Source of the DNA: Dendrobates tinctorius
Taxonomy: Eukaryota
DNA: 64,000 nt
Assembly (NCBI RefSeq): GCF_039654945.1
Contig: NW_027361696.1
Span: 19,592,001 to 19,656,000, forward strand
Reading direction: 5' to 3'
Under the pieces are notes generated by a model, which ran no database searches, had not been told where the DNA came from, and was given only the letters and a program-made list of their open reading frames with translations. Shown here piece after piece: positions 13,160 through 28,992 of the stretch. The position numbers were made by a program, and so were the translations under genes. How positions within the stretch are numbered: position 1 is the first letter of the stretch; every line of letters starts with the position of its first letter.

Positions 13160-14260
13160 ATATGATGGCCCACACACAACCATCCACCCTGTATAATGGC
13201 CTGCACACATTGTAATGGCCCCAACTAGACCTCCAGACAATACAATGGCCCCACACAGGCCTCCAAACAGTATATTGGCCCCAACATAGCCCTCCAACCA
13301 GTATAATGGCCCTCATATAGCCCTCCAACCAGTATAATGGCTGCACATAGCCCTCCAAACAGCATAACGCCCCCCCATATAGCGCACCAAACAGTATAAT
13401 AGTCCACACATAGCCCTCCAAACAGCATAATGGCCCCCCATATAGCGCACCAAACAGTATAATAGTCCACACAGCCCTCCAAACAGCATAATGGCCCCCC
13501 CATATAGCCCACCAAACAGTATAGTAGTTAACACATAGCCATCCAAACAGCATAACGCCCCCCCATATAGCGCACCAAACAGTATAATAGTCCACACATA
13601 GCCCTCCAAACAGCATAATGGCCCCCCCATATAGCCCACCAAACAGTATAATAGTTAACACATAGCCCTCCAAACAGCATAATGCCCCCCATATAGCGCA
13701 CCAAACAGTATAATAGTCCACACATAGCCCTCCAAACAGCATAATGGCCCCCCCATATAGCCCACCAAACAGTATAGTAGTTAACACATAGCCATCCAAA
13801 CAGCATAATGCCCCCCCATATAGAGCACCAAACAGTATAATAGTCCACACATAGCCCTCCAAACAGCATAATGGCCCCCCCATATAGCCCACCAAACAGT
13901 ATAATAGTTAACACATAGCCCTCCAAACAGCATAATGGCCCCCCCATATAGCCCACCAAACAGTATAGTAGTTAACACATAGCCATCCAAACAGCATAAT
14001 GCCCCCCCATATAGCGCACCAAACAGTATAATAGTCCACACATAGCCCTCCAAACAGCATAATGGCCCCCCCATATAGCCCACCAAACAGTATAATAGTT
14101 AACACATAGCCCTCCAAACAGCATAACGCCCCCCATATAGCGCACCAAACAGTATAATAGTCCACACATAGCCCTACAAACAGTATAATGGCCCCGCAAA
14201 TGGGCCTCCAAACAGGATACTGGCCATACATACCCCTCCAGACAGTATATTGGCCCCCAA
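13160..14260. repeat. compound ~30-bp minisatellite with a higher-order period
   Basis: Alternating CCAAACAGCATAATGGCCCCCCCATATAGC and CCAAACAGTATAATAGTCCACACATAGC units. Confidence 0.9.
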
Positions 14261-14964
14261 GTGAAACATAAACATAGTAGTAAATCTTCAGCACCTTCAG
14301 TGTTGTCGCATCCAAAATAGTCTGATCTCTGGAAACAGAAACTTGTGTAACCCGCACTGTAAATATTTGATAGAAAAATGAACGCGAAACAGCAAAACTG
14401 ACATTTAGTAGTTGCAATTCCCCAAAGAATGTAACAAAACGTGATGAATATGTCGCATGTCCCCCGAGTGATATCACAGTAACCTGCAGCTCGATGCCCT
14501 TTTTGGCATTTTTTAACAAACCCTCACCGAGCTCCAGCGATGGAAAAAAGTATACGAAGAGATACAGGTCTTGAGAAAAGGCGAGACAAGATTTTTTTTT
14601 TTTTTTTTTACGTTGCTCGGCAGCCAGTAAAATGTAAAAAAATAATTTATTCAAGCTTGTTGTCGTCTTGATCGCTCTGACCCGGCAGACAAAGGCTCCA
14701 GGACAATGGCGGAATTGTGCTGATTTTTCCACATATGGTAAAATATTATAATAAAAATAATAATTCCGAATAAAAAACAAGCCCTTGTGATGGGGACGAG
14801 AACATAGAAAAGCTCTAACGTCTGGAAGAAAAAATGAAAGCGCAAAAACGAGAACTGTCCTCCTGGGGATAGAAAATGGAGACATTTAGTAAAAATATCA
14901 CAAAAAAATACAAAAATGGGTTCCAGCTTCCTTTTGACCTTTGCTGGTGAGAGGAGACAGTGCA

Positions 14965-17900
14965 GCGGCGGTCACAGTGCAGTATATACTATACACACGA
15001 CACGGGCGGCGGTCACAGCGCAGAGCAGTATATACTATACACATGAAACGGGCGGCGGTCACAGCGCAGGGCAGTATATAATATACACACGACACGGGCG
15101 GCGGTCACAGTGCAGAGCAGTATATACTATACACACGACACGGGCGGCGGTCACAGCACAAGGCAGTATATACTATACACACGACACGGGCGGCGGTCAC
15201 AGTACAGAGCAGTATATACTATACACATGACACGGGCGGCGGTCACAGTGCAGGGCAGTATATACTATACACACGACACGGGCGGCGGTCACAGCGCAGG
15301 GCAGTATATAATATACACACGACACGGGCGGCGGTCACAGCGCAGGGCAGTATATACTATACACACGACACGGGCGGCGGTCACAGTACAGAGCAGTATA
15401 TACTATACACATGACACGGGCGGCGGTCACAGTGCAGGGCAGTATATACTATACACACGACACGGGCGGCGGTCACAGCGCAGGGCAGTATATAATATAC
15501 ACACGACACGGGCGGCGGTCACAGTGCAGAGCAGTATATACTATACACACGACACGGGCGGCAGTCACAGCACAAGGCAGTATATACTATACACACGACA
15601 CGGGCGGCGGTCACAGTACAGAGCAGTATATACTATACACATGACACGGGCGGCGGTCACAGTGCAGGGCAGTATATACTATACACACGACACGGGCGGC
15701 GGTCACAGCGCAGGGCAGTATATAATATACACACGACACGGGCGGCGGTCACAGTGCAGAGCAGTATATACTATACACACGACACGGGCGGCAGTCACAG
15801 CACAAGGCAGTATATACTATACACACGACACGGGCGGCGGTCACAGTACAGAGCAGTATATACTATACACATGACACGGGCGGCGGTCACAGTGCAGGGC
15901 AGTATATACTATACACACGACACGGGCGGCGGTCACAGCGCAGGGCAGTATATAATATACACACGACACGGGCGGCGGTCACAGTGCAGAGCAGTATATA
16001 CTATACACACGACACGGGCGGCAGTCACAGCACAGGGCAGTATATACTATACACACGACACGGGCGGCAGTCACAGCACAGGGCAGTATATACTATACAC
16101 ACGACACGGGCGGCGGTCACAGGGCAGTATATACTATACACACGACACGGGCGGCGGTCACAGTGCAGGGCAGTATATACTATACACACAACACGGGCGG
16201 CAGTCACAGGGCAGTATATACTATACACACGACACGGGCGGCGGTCACAGCACAGGGCAGTATATACTATACACCCGACACAGGCGGCGGTCACAGTGCA
16301 GGGCAGTATATACTATACACACGACACGGGCGGCGGTCACAGTGCAGGGCAGTATATACTATACACATGACACGGGTGTCGGTCACAGTGCAGGGCAGTA
16401 TATACTATACACACGACACGGGCGGCGGTCACAGTGCAGAGCAGTATATACTATACACACGACACGGGCGGCGGTCACAGTGCAGGGCAGTATATACTAT
16501 ACACACGACACGGGCGGCGGTCACAGCGCAGGGCAGTATATACTATACACATGACACGGGCGGCAGTCACAGCACAGGGCAGTATATACTATACACACGA
16601 CACGGGCGGCGGTCACAGCGCAGTACAGTATATACTATACACATTACACGGGCGGCGGTCACAGCGCAGGGCAGTATATAATATACACACGACACGGGCG
16701 GCAGTCACAGCACAGGGCAGTATGTACTATACACACGACACGGGCGGCGGTCACAGTACAGAGCAGTATATACTATACACACGACACGGGTGGCGGTCAC
16801 AGTACAGAGCAGTATATACTATACACAGGACACGGGCGGCGGTCACAGTGCAGAGCAGTATATACTATACACAGGACACGGGTGGCGGTCACAGTGCAGG
16901 GCAGTATATACTATACACATTACACGGGCGGCGGTCACAGCGCAGGGCAGTATATAATATACACACGACACGGGCGGCAGTCACAGCACAGGGCAGTATA
17001 TACTATACACATGTCACGGGCGGCGGTCACAGCACAGGGCAGTATATACTATACACACGACACGGGCGGCGGTCACAGTGCAGAGCAGTATATACTATAC
17101 ACAGGACACGGGCGGCGGTCACAGCGCAGGGCAGTATATACTATACACACGACACGGGCGGCGGTCACAGTGCAGGGCAGTATATACTATACACACGACA
17201 CGGGCGGCAGTCACAGCACAGGGCAGTATATACTATACACAGGACACGGGCGGCGGTCACAGCGCAGGGCAGTATATACTATACACACGACACGGGCGGC
17301 AGTCACAGCACAGGGCAGTATATACTATACACTCGACACGGGTGGCGGTCACTGCGCAGGGCAGTATATACTATACACCCGACACAGGCGGCGGTCACAG
17401 CGCAAGGCAGTATATTCTATACACCCGACACGGGTGGCGGTCACAGCGCAGGGCAGTATATACTATACACACGACACTGGCGGAGGTCACAGCACAGGAC
17501 AGTATATACTATACACCCAACACAGGTGTCGGTCACAGCGCGGGGCAGTATATACTATACACCCGACACGGGTGGTGGTCATAGCGCAGGGCAGTATATA
17601 CTATACACATGACACTGGCGGAGGTCACAGCGCAGGGCAGTATATAGTATACACATGACACGGGTGTCGGTCACAGTGCAGGGCAGTATATACTATACAC
17701 ATGACACGGGAGGCGGTCACAGCGCAGGACAGTATATACTATACACATGACACTGGCGGAGGTCACAGCACAGGGAAGTTTATACTATACACCCAACACG
17801 GGCGGCGGTCATAGCGCAGGGCAGTATATACTATACACATGACACGGGCGGCGGTCACATCGCAGGGCAGTATATACTATACACATGACATGGGCGGCGG

Positions 17901-20900
17901 ACACAGCGCAGGGCAGTATATACTATACACATGACACGGGCGGCGGTCACAGAGCAGGGCAGTATATAATATACACATGACACGGGTGGCGGTCACAGCG
18001 CAGGACAGTATATACTATACACATGACACGGGCGGCGGTCACAGCGCAGGGCAGTATATACTATACACATGACACGGGTGTCGGTCACAGCGCAGGGCAG
18101 TATATACTATACACCCGACAGGCGGCGGTTACAGCGCATAGCAGTATATAGTATACACATGACATGGGTGTTTGTCACAGCGCAGGGCAGTAAATACTAT
18201 ACACCCGACACGGGTGGCGGTCACAGCGCAGTGCAGTATATACTATACACCCGACACGGGTGGCGGTCATAGCGCAGGGCAGTATATACTATACACATGA
18301 CACTGGCGGAGGTCACAGCGCAGGGCAGTATATACTATACACCCAACACGGGTGTCGGTCACAGCGCGGGGCAGTATATACTATACACCCGACACGGGTG
18401 GCGGTCATAGCGCAGGGCAGTATATACTATACACATGACACTGGCGGAGGTCACAGCGCAGTATATACTATACACCCGACACAGGCGGCGGTCACAGCGC
18501 AGGGCAGTATATACTATACACATGACACTGGTGGCGGTCACAGCGCAGGGCAGTATATACTATACACATGACACGGGCGGCGGTCACAGCGCAGGGCAGT
18601 ATATACTATACACATGTCACGGGCGTCGGTCACAGCGCAGGGCAGTATATACTATACACATGACACGGGCGGCGGTCACAGCGCAGGGCATTATATACTA
18701 TACACATGACACGGGTGTCGGTCACAGCACAGGGCAGTATATACTATACACATGACACGGGTGGCGGTCACAGCGCAGGACAGTATATACTATACACATG
18801 ACACTGGCGGAGGTCACAGCACAGGACAGTATATACTATACACCCAACACGGGTGTCGGTCACAGCGCAGGACAGTATATACTATACACATGACATGGGC
18901 GGCGGTCACAGCGCAGTATATACTATAGACATGACACGGGCGGCGGTGACAGCGCAGGGCAGTATATACTATACACATGACACGGGCGGCGGTCACAGCG
19001 CAGGACAGTATATACTATACACATGACACGGGCGGCGGTCACAGCGCAGGGCAGTATATACTATACACATGACATGGGTGTCGGTCACAGCGCAGGGCAG
19101 TATATACTATACACCCGACACAGGCGGCGGTCACAGCGCAGGGCAGTATATACTATACACCCGACACGGGTGGCGGTCACAGCGCAGGACAGTATATACT
19201 ATACACATGACACTGGCGGAGGTCACAGCACAGGGCAGTATATACTATACACATGACACGGGTGTCGGTCACAGCGCAGGACAGTATATACTATACACAT
19301 GACACTGGCGGAGGTCACAGCACAGGGCAGTATATACTATACACCCAACACGGGTGTCGGTCACAGCGCGGGGCAGTATATACTATACACCCGACACGGG
19401 TGGCGGTCATAGCGCAGGGCAGTATATACTATACACATGACACGGGCGGCGGTCACAGCGCAGGGCAGTATATACTATACACATGACACGGGCGGCGGTC
19501 ACAGCGCAGGGCAGTATATATTATACACATGACACGGGCGGCGGTCACAGCGCATGGCAGTATATACTATACACATGACACGGGTGTCGGTCACAGCGCA
19601 GTACTGTATATACTATACACGACACGGGCGGCAGTCACAGCGCAGGGCAGTATATACTATACACATGACACAGGCGGCGGTCACAGCGCAGGGCAGTATA
19701 TACTATACACCCGACACGGGTGTCGGTCACAGCGCGGGGCAGTATATACTATACACCCGACACGGGTGGTGGTCATAGCGCAGGGCAGTATATACTATAC
19801 ACATGACACTGGCGGAGGTCACAGCACAGGGAAGTATATACTATACACCCAACACGGGCGGCGGTCATAGCGCAGGGCAGTATATACTATACACATGACA
19901 CGGGCGGCGGTCACATCGCAGGGCAGTATATACTATACACGACATGGGCGGCGGTCACAGCGCAGGGCAGTATATACTATACACATGACACGGGCGGCGG
20001 TCACAGAGCAGGGCAGTATATAATATACACATGACACGGGTGGCGGTCACAGCGCAAGACAGTATATACTATACACATGACACGGGCGGCGGTCACAGCG
20101 CAGGGCAGTATATACTATACACCCGACAGGCGGCGGTCACAGCGCATAGCAGTATATAGTATACACATGACATGGGTGTTTGTCACAGCGCAGGGCAGTA
20201 TATACTATACACCCGACACAGGCGGTGGTCACAGCGCAGGGCAGTATATACTATACACCCGACACGGGTGGCGGTCACAGCGCATGACAGTATATACTAT
20301 ACACATGACACTGGCGGAGGTCACAGCACAGGGCAGTATATACTATGCACCCGACACGGGTGGCGGTCACAGCGCAGTGCAGTATATACTATACACCCGA
20401 CACGGGTGGCGGTCATAGCGCAGGGCAGTATATACTATACACATGACACTGGCGGAGGTCACAGCGCAGGGCAGTATATACTATACACACGACACTGGCG
20501 GAGGTCACAGCACAGGACAGTATATACTATACACCCAACACGGGTGTCGGTCACAGCGCGGGGCAGTATATACTATACACCCGACACGGGTGGCGGTCAT
20601 AGCGCAGGGCAGTATATACTATACACATGACACTGGCGGAGGTCACAGCGCAGTATATACTATACACCCGACACAGGCGGCGGTCACAGCGCAGGGCAGT
20701 ATATACTATACACATGACACTGGTGGCGGTCACAGCGCAGGGCAGTATATACCATACACATGACACGGGCGGCGGTCACAGCGCAGGGCAGTATATACTA
20801 TACACATGTCACGGGCGTCGGTCACAGCGCAGGGCAGTATATACTATACACATGACACGGGCGGCGGTCACAGCGCAGGGCAGTATATACTATACACATG

Positions 20901-23900
20901 ACACGGGTGTCGGTCACAGCGCAGGGCAGTATATACTATACACATGACACGGGTGGCGGTCACAGCGCAGGACAGTATATACTATACACATGACACTGGC
21001 GGAGGTCACAGCACAGGGCAGTATATACTATACACCCAACACGGGTGTCGGTCACAGCGCAGGACAGTATATACTATACACATGACATGGGCGGCGGTCA
21101 CAGCGCAGTATATACTATAGACATGACACGGGCGGCGGTCACAGCGCAGGGCAGTATATACTATAGACATGACACGGGCGGCGGTCACATCGCAGGGCAG
21201 TATATACTATACACATGACACGGGCGGCGGTCACAGCGCAGGGCAGTATATACTATAGACATGACACGGGCGGCGGTCACATCGCAGGGCAGTATATACT
21301 ATACACATGACACGGGCGGCGGTCACAGCGCAGGGCAGTATATACTATACACCCGACACGGGTGGCGGTCACAGCGCAGGACAGTATATACTATACACAT
21401 GACACTGGCGGAGGTCACAGCACAGGGCAGTATATACTATACACATGACACGGGTGTCGGTCACAGCGCAGGACAGTATATACTATACACATGACACTGG
21501 CGGAGGTCACAGCACAGGGCAGTATATACTATACACCCAACACGGGTGTCGGTCACAGCGCGGGGCAGTATATACTATACACCCGACACGGGTGGCGGTC
21601 ATAGCGCAGGGCAGTATATACTATACACATGACACGGGCGGCGGTCACAGCGCAGGGCAGTATATACTATACACATGACACGGGCGGCGGTCACAGCGCA
21701 GGGCAGTATATATTATACACATGACACGGGCGGCGGTCACAGCGCAGGGCAGTATATACTATACACATGACGCGGGTGTCGGTCACAGCGCAGGACTGTA
21801 TATACTATACACATGACACGGGCGGCGGTCACAGCGCAGGGCAGTATATACTATACACATGACACAGGCGGCGGTCACAGCGCATGGCAGTATATACTAT
21901 ACACCCGACACGGGTGGCGGTCACTGCGCAGGGCAGTATATACTATACACCCGACACAGGCAGCGGTCACAGCGCAGGGCAGTGTATACTATACACCCGA
22001 CACGGGTGGCGGTCACAGCGCAGGGCAGTATATACTATACACACGACACTGGCGGAGGTCACAGCACAGGACAGTATATACTATACACCCAACACGGGTG
22101 TTGGTCACAGCGCGGGGCAGTATATACTATACACCCGACACGGGTGGTGGTCATAGCGCGGGGCAGTATATACTATACACATGACACTGGCGGAGGTCAC
22201 AGCGCAGGGCAGTATATACTATACACATGACACGGGTGTCGGTCACAGCGCAGGGCAGTATATACTATACACATGACACGGGAGGCGGTCACAGCGCAGG
22301 ACAGTATATACTATACACATGACACGGGCGGCGGTCACAGAGCAGGGCAGTATATAATATACACGACACGGGTGGCGGTCACAGCGCAGGACAGTATATA
22401 CTATACACATGACACGGGCGGCGGTCACAGCGCAGGGCAGTATATACTATACACATGACACGGGTGGCGGTCACAGCGCAGGGCAGTATATACTATACAC
22501 CCGACAGGCGGCGGTCACAGCGCATAGCAGTATATAGTATACACATGACATGGGTGTTTGTCACAGCGCAGGGCAGTATATACTATACACCCGACACAGG
22601 CGGCGGTCACAGCGCAGGGCAGTATATACTATACACCCGACACGGGTGGCGGTCACAGCGCATGACAGTATATACTATACACGACACTGGCGGAGGTCAC
22701 AGCACAGGGCAGTATATACTATGCACCAGCACGGGTGGCGGTCACAGCGCAGTGCAGTATATACTATACACCCGACACGGGTGGCGGTCATAGCGCAGGG
22801 CAGTATATACTATACACATGACACGGGTGTCGGTCAAAGCGCAGGACAGTATATACTATACACCCGACACAGGCGGCGGTCACAGCGCAGGACAGTATAT
22901 ACTATACACATGACACGGGTGTCGGTCACAGCGCAGGGCAGTATATACTATACACATGACACGGGCGGCGGTCACAGCGCAGGGCAGTATATACTATACA
23001 CATGACACGGGCGGCGGTCACAGCGCAGGGCAGTATATACTATACACACGACACGGGTGGCGGTCACAGCGCAGGACAATACATACTATACACATGACAC
23101 TGGCGGAGGTCACAGCACAGGGCAGTATATACTATACACCCGACACGGGTGGCGGTCACAGTGCAGGGCAGTATATACTATACACCCGACACGGGTGGCG
23201 GTCATAGCGCAGGGCAGTATATACTATGCACATGAAACTGGCGGAGGTCACAGCGCAGTATATACTATACACCCGACACAGGCGGCGGTCACAGCGCAGG
23301 GCAGTATATACTATACACATGACACGGGCGGCGGTCACAGAGCAGGGCAGTATATACTATACACATGACACGGGTGTCGGTCACAGCGCAGGGCAGTATA
23401 TACTATACACATGACACGGGTGGCGGTCACAGCGCAGGACAGTATATACTATACACATGACACTGGCGGAGGTCACAGCACAGGACAGTAAATACTATAC
23501 ACCCAACACGGGTGTCGGTCACAGCGCGGGGCAGTAAATACTATACATCCGACACGGGTGGCGATCATAGCGCAGGGCAGTATATACTATACACATGACA
23601 CTGGCGGAGGTCACAGCGCAGGGCAGTATATACTATACACATGACACGGGTGTCGGTCACAGCGCAGGGCAGTATATACTATACACATGACACGGGTGGC
23701 GGTCACAGCGCAGGACAGTATATACTATACACATGACACTGGCGGAGGTCACAGCGCAGGACAGTATATACTATACACATGACACTGGCGGCGGTCACAG
23801 CGCAGGGCAGTATATACTATACACGTGACACGGGTGTCGGTCAAAGCGCAGGGCAGTATATACTATACACATGACACGGGTGTCGGTCAACGCGCAGGAC

Positions 23901-26900
23901 AGTATATACTATACACCCGACACAGGTGGCGGTCACAGCGCAGGACAGTATATACTATACACATGACACGGGTGTCGGTCACAGCGCAGGGCAGTATATA
24001 GTATACACATGACATGGGCGGCGGTCACAGTTCAGAGCAGTATATACTATACACCCGACACAGGCGGCAGTCACAGCGCAGGACAGTATATACTATACTA
24101 TACACATGACACGGGTGTCGGTCACAGCGCAGGACAGTATATACTATACACATGACACGGGTGTCGGTCACAGCGCAGGGCAGTATATACTATACACATG
24201 ACACTGGCGGAGGTCACAGCGCAGGACAGTATATACTATACACCCGACACAGGCGGCGGTCACAGCGCAGGGTAGTATATACTATACACATGACACGGGC
24301 GGCGGTCACAGCGCAGGGCAGTATATACTATAAACAGGACACGGGCGGCGGTCACAGCGCAGGGCAGTATATACTATACACATGAGACGGGCGGCGGTCA
24401 CAGCGCAGGGCAGTATATACTATACACATGACACTGGCGGAGGTCACAGCGCAGGACAGTATATACTATACACATGACACTGGCAGTGGTCACAGCGCAG
24501 GGCAGTATATTCTATACACATGACACGGGTGTCGGTCAAAGCGCAGGACAGTATATACTATACACATGACACGGGTGTCGGTCACAGCGCAGGACAGTAT
24601 ATACTATACACGAGACGGGCGGCGGTCACAGCGCAGGGCAGTATATACTATACACATGACACTGGCGGAGGTCACAGCGCAGGACAGTATATACTATACA
24701 CATGACACTGGCAGCGGTCACAGCGCAGGGCAGTATATACTATACACGACACGGGCGGCGGTCACAGTGCAGAGCAGTATATACTATACACCCGACACAT
24801 GCGGCGGTCACAGCGCAGGGCAGTATATACTATACACATGACACGGGCGGCGGTCACAGCGCAGGGCAGTATATACTATACACATGACACGGGCGGCGGT
24901 CACAGCGCAGGGCAGTATATACTATACACATGACACGGGCGGCGGTCACAGTGCAGAGCAGTATATACTATATACAGGACACGGGCGGCGGTCACAGCGC
25001 AGGGCAGTATATACTATACACATGACACGGGTGGCGGTCACAGCGCAGTATATACTATACACATGACACAGGCGGCGGTCACAGCGCAGGGCAGTATATA
25101 CTATACACATGACACGGGCGGCGGTCACAGCGCAGGGCAGTATATACTATACACATGACACGGGTGGCGGTCACAGTGCAGGACAGTATATACTATACAC
25201 GTGACACGGGCGGCGGTCACAGCGCAGGGCAGTATATACTATACACATGGCACGGGCGGCGGTCACAGCGCAGGGCAGTATATACTATACACATGACACT
25301 GGCGGCGGTCACAGGGCAGTATATACTATACACATGACACGGGCGGCGGTCACAGCGCAGGGCAGTATATACTATACACATGACACGGGCGGCGGTCAGA
25401 GCACAGGGCAGTACATACTATACACATGACACGGGCGGCGGTCACAGCGCAGGGCAGTATATACTATACACATGACACGGGCGGCGGTCACAGCACAGGG
25501 CAGTATATACTATACACATGACACTGGCGGCGGTCACGGCGCAGGGCAATATATACTATACACAAGACACGGGCGGCGGTCACAGCGCAGGGCAGTATAT
25601 ACTATACACATGACACGGGCGGCGGTCACAGCGCAGGGCAGTATATACTATACACAGGACACGGGCGGCGGTCACAGCGCAGGGCAGTATATATTATACA
25701 CATGACACGGGCGGCGGTCACAGCGCAGAGCAGTATATACTATACACAGGACACGGGCGGTGGTCACAGCGCAGGGCATTATATACTATACACATGACAC
25801 GGGCGGCGGTCACAGCGCAGGACAGTATATACTATACACATGACACGGGCGGCGGTCACAGCGCAGGGCAGTATATACTATACACATGACACGGGCGGCG
25901 GTCACAGTGCAGAGCAGTACATACTATGCATACGACACGGGCGGCAGTCACAGCGCAGGGCAGTATATACTATACACATGACACGGGCGGCGGTCACAGC
26001 GCAGGACAGTATATACTATACACATGACACGGGCAGCGGTTACAGCGCAGGGCAGTATATACTATACACATGACACGGGCGGCGGTCACAGCGCAGTATA
26101 TACTATACACATGACACGGGCGGCGGTCACAGCGCAGGGTAGTATATACTATACACATGACACGGGCGGCGGTCACAGTACAGAGCAGTATATACTATAC
26201 ACAGGACACGGGTGGCGGTCCCAGCGCAGTATATACTATACACATGACACGGGCGGCGGTCACAGTACAGAGCAGTATATACTATACACAGGACACGGGC
26301 GGCGGTCACAGCGCAGGACAGTATATACTATACACATGACACGGGCGGCGGTCACAGCACAGGGCAGTATATACTATACACATGACACTGGCGGCGGTCA
26401 CGGCGCAGGGCAATATATACTATACACATGACACGGGCGGCGGTCACAGCGCAGGGCAGTATATACTATACACATGACACGGGCGGCGGTCACAGCGCAG
26501 GGCAGTATATACTATACACAGGACACGGGCGGCGGTCACAGCGCAGGGCAGTATATATTATACACATGACACGGGCGGCGGTCACAGCGCACAGCAGTAT
26601 ATACTATACACAGGACACGGGCGGTGGTCACAGCGCAGGGCATTATATACTATACACATGACACGGGCGGCGGTCACAGCGCAGGACAGTATATACTATA
26701 CACATGACACGGGCGGCGGTCACAGCGCAGGGCAGTATATACTATACACATGACACGGGCGGCGGTCACAGTGCAGAGCAGTACATACTATGCATACGAC
26801 ACGGGCGGCAGTCACAGCGCAGGGCAGTATATACTATACACATGACACGGGCGGCGGTCACAGCGCAGGACAGTATATACTATACACATGACACGGGCGG

Positions 26901-28190
26901 CGGTTACAGCGCAGGGCAGTATATACTATACACATGACACGGGCGGCGGTCACAGTGCAGAGCAGTATATACTATACACACGACACGGGCGGCGGTCACA
27001 GCGCAGGGCAGTATATACTATACACATGACACGGGCGGCGGTCACAGCGCAGTATATACTATACACATGACACGGGCGGCGGTCACAGCGCAGGGTAGTA
27101 TATACTATACACATGACACGGGCGGCGGTCACAGTACAGAGCAGTATATACTATACACAGGACACGGGTGGCGGTCCCAGCGCAGTATATACTATACACA
27201 TGACACGGGCGGCGGTCACAGTACAGAGCAGTATATACTATACACAGGACACGGGCGGCGGTCACAGCGCAGGACAGTATATACTATACACATGACACGG
27301 GCGGCGGTCACAGCACAGGGCAGTATATACTATACACATGACACAGGCGGCGGTCACAGCGCAGGACAGTATATACTATACACATGACACGGGCGGCGGT
27401 CACAGCACAGGGCAGTATATACTATACACATGACACAGGCGGCGGTCACAGCGCAGGACAGTATATACTATACACATGACACGGGCGGCGGTCACAGCAC
27501 AGGGCAGTATATACTATACACATGACACGGGCGGCGGTCACAGTACAGAGCAGTATATACTATACACAGGACACGGGTGGCGGTCCCAGCGCAGTATATA
27601 CTATACACATGACACGGGCGGCGGTCACAGTACAGAGCAGTATATACTATACACAGGACACGGGCGGCGGTCACAGCGCAGGACAGTATATACTATACAC
27701 CCGACACAGGCGGCGGTCACAGCACAGGGCAGTATATACTATACACATGACAGTAACTCCTCCTCTTATCCCGTTTTGTGCCTGCAGCTCCACAGCAGAA
27801 TTATGTGTCTCCACGTTTACACAAGACACGGGCGGCGGTCACAGCGCAGGGCATTATATACTATACACATGACACGGGCGGCGGTCACAGCGCAGGACAG
27901 TATATACTATACACATGACACGGGCGGCGGTCACAGCGCAGGGCAGTATATACTATACACATGACACGGGCGGCGGTCACAGTACAGAGCAGTATATACT
28001 ATACACAGGACACGGGTGGCGGTCCCAGCGCAGTATATACTATACACATGACACGGGCGGCGGTCACAGTACAGAGCAGTATATACTATACACAGGACAC
28101 GGGCGGCGGTCACAGCGCAGGACAGTATATACTATACACCCGACACAGGCGGCGGTCACAGCACAGGGCAGTATATACTATACACATGAC
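14965..28190. repeat. 13.2-kb tandem array of a 46-bp unit
   Basis: Consensus GACACGGGCGGCGGTCACAGCGCAGGGCAGTATATACTATACACAT, roughly 285 copies, with variant blocks and higher-order duplications. Confidence 0.98.
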
Positions 28191-28679
28191 AGTAACTCCT
28201 CCTCTTATCCCGTTTTGTGCCTGCAGCTCCACAGCAGAATTATGTGTCTCCACGTTTACAGACTGAAGAACTGACTCCAGAGGTCTTAATTGTAGTCTGT
28301 AATCATGGAGACATATTGTTTTGAAAAGGAGTTGTATATGCAAAATGGAAGGAGATTCAGAGTGAAATATTAAAGAAAAACTCTACACACCCGGATATCA
28401 GCTTTAATAACCATTTCCTCATGCTTTTTTAGAGAAGACGTCTTGTGTTGGGTGCTGCGTATAGATATCACCTCACCTCAAAGTCACCATCTTTAACCGA
28501 ATGTAATCCCTACAATGTGACCAAGGGGAGTGACCGGGCTGAGTAACATTGTGCTTTCTGACTACACAGCGCCATTTAAGCGAAGCCTGTAAGGCCACAG
28601 GGGCCGACCGGACTCAAAATTGAATATGTAGAACTTTGTTGGCAGCAAACTAGCCTGCCAGGCATAAGCTGGCCTTATT

Positions 28680-28992
28680 AGCCAATCACAGCTCAGCGTA
28701 CATCCATCAAGAGCAGTTTACAGAACGAAAGCAGAGCCCTGATTGGTGGAGGAGTGTCCAGATCGGATACTATCTGCATCTGTGGGATTACAATTACATC
28801 GATGCTGGGACTTGTAGTCCTTCTGCAGTTACACCACCTCACACATACAATCAGGTAGTGAGCCTCAGTGTCTCGAGTGTAGAAATGTGGCGCCGTCGAG
28901 GTGTAGGAAGATGGCGCCGGCGCAGAGTGATGACGTCGTGGACTCGTGTTTACGGAAGTGGCAGACAAAACACTGACAGCGGCACTGGGAGG
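28680..28992 (+). promoter_or_regulatory. casp9 housekeeping-type proximal promoter
   Basis: CCAAT boxes (~28682, and inverted ~28741), ACTACAnnTCCCAGCA ZNF143/THAP11-type motif (minus strand, 28803-28818), YY1-type AAGATGGCG (28908-28916), CRE-like TGACGTC (28931-28937) and ETS CGGAAGTG (28953-28960), directly upstream of the ATG. Confidence 0.7.

Noticed and set aside
13050-14885. Hydrophobic ORFs that look like membrane proteins
   Set aside because: They are translations of the ~30-bp minisatellite and an AT-rich repeat fragment.
14965-28190. Possible CRISPR array, or dozens of YYTHDTGGGH-type ORFs
   Set aside because: Units are head-to-tail with no unique spacers and no cas genes, in a vertebrate context; the ORFs are frame-cycling translations of a 46-bp unit.
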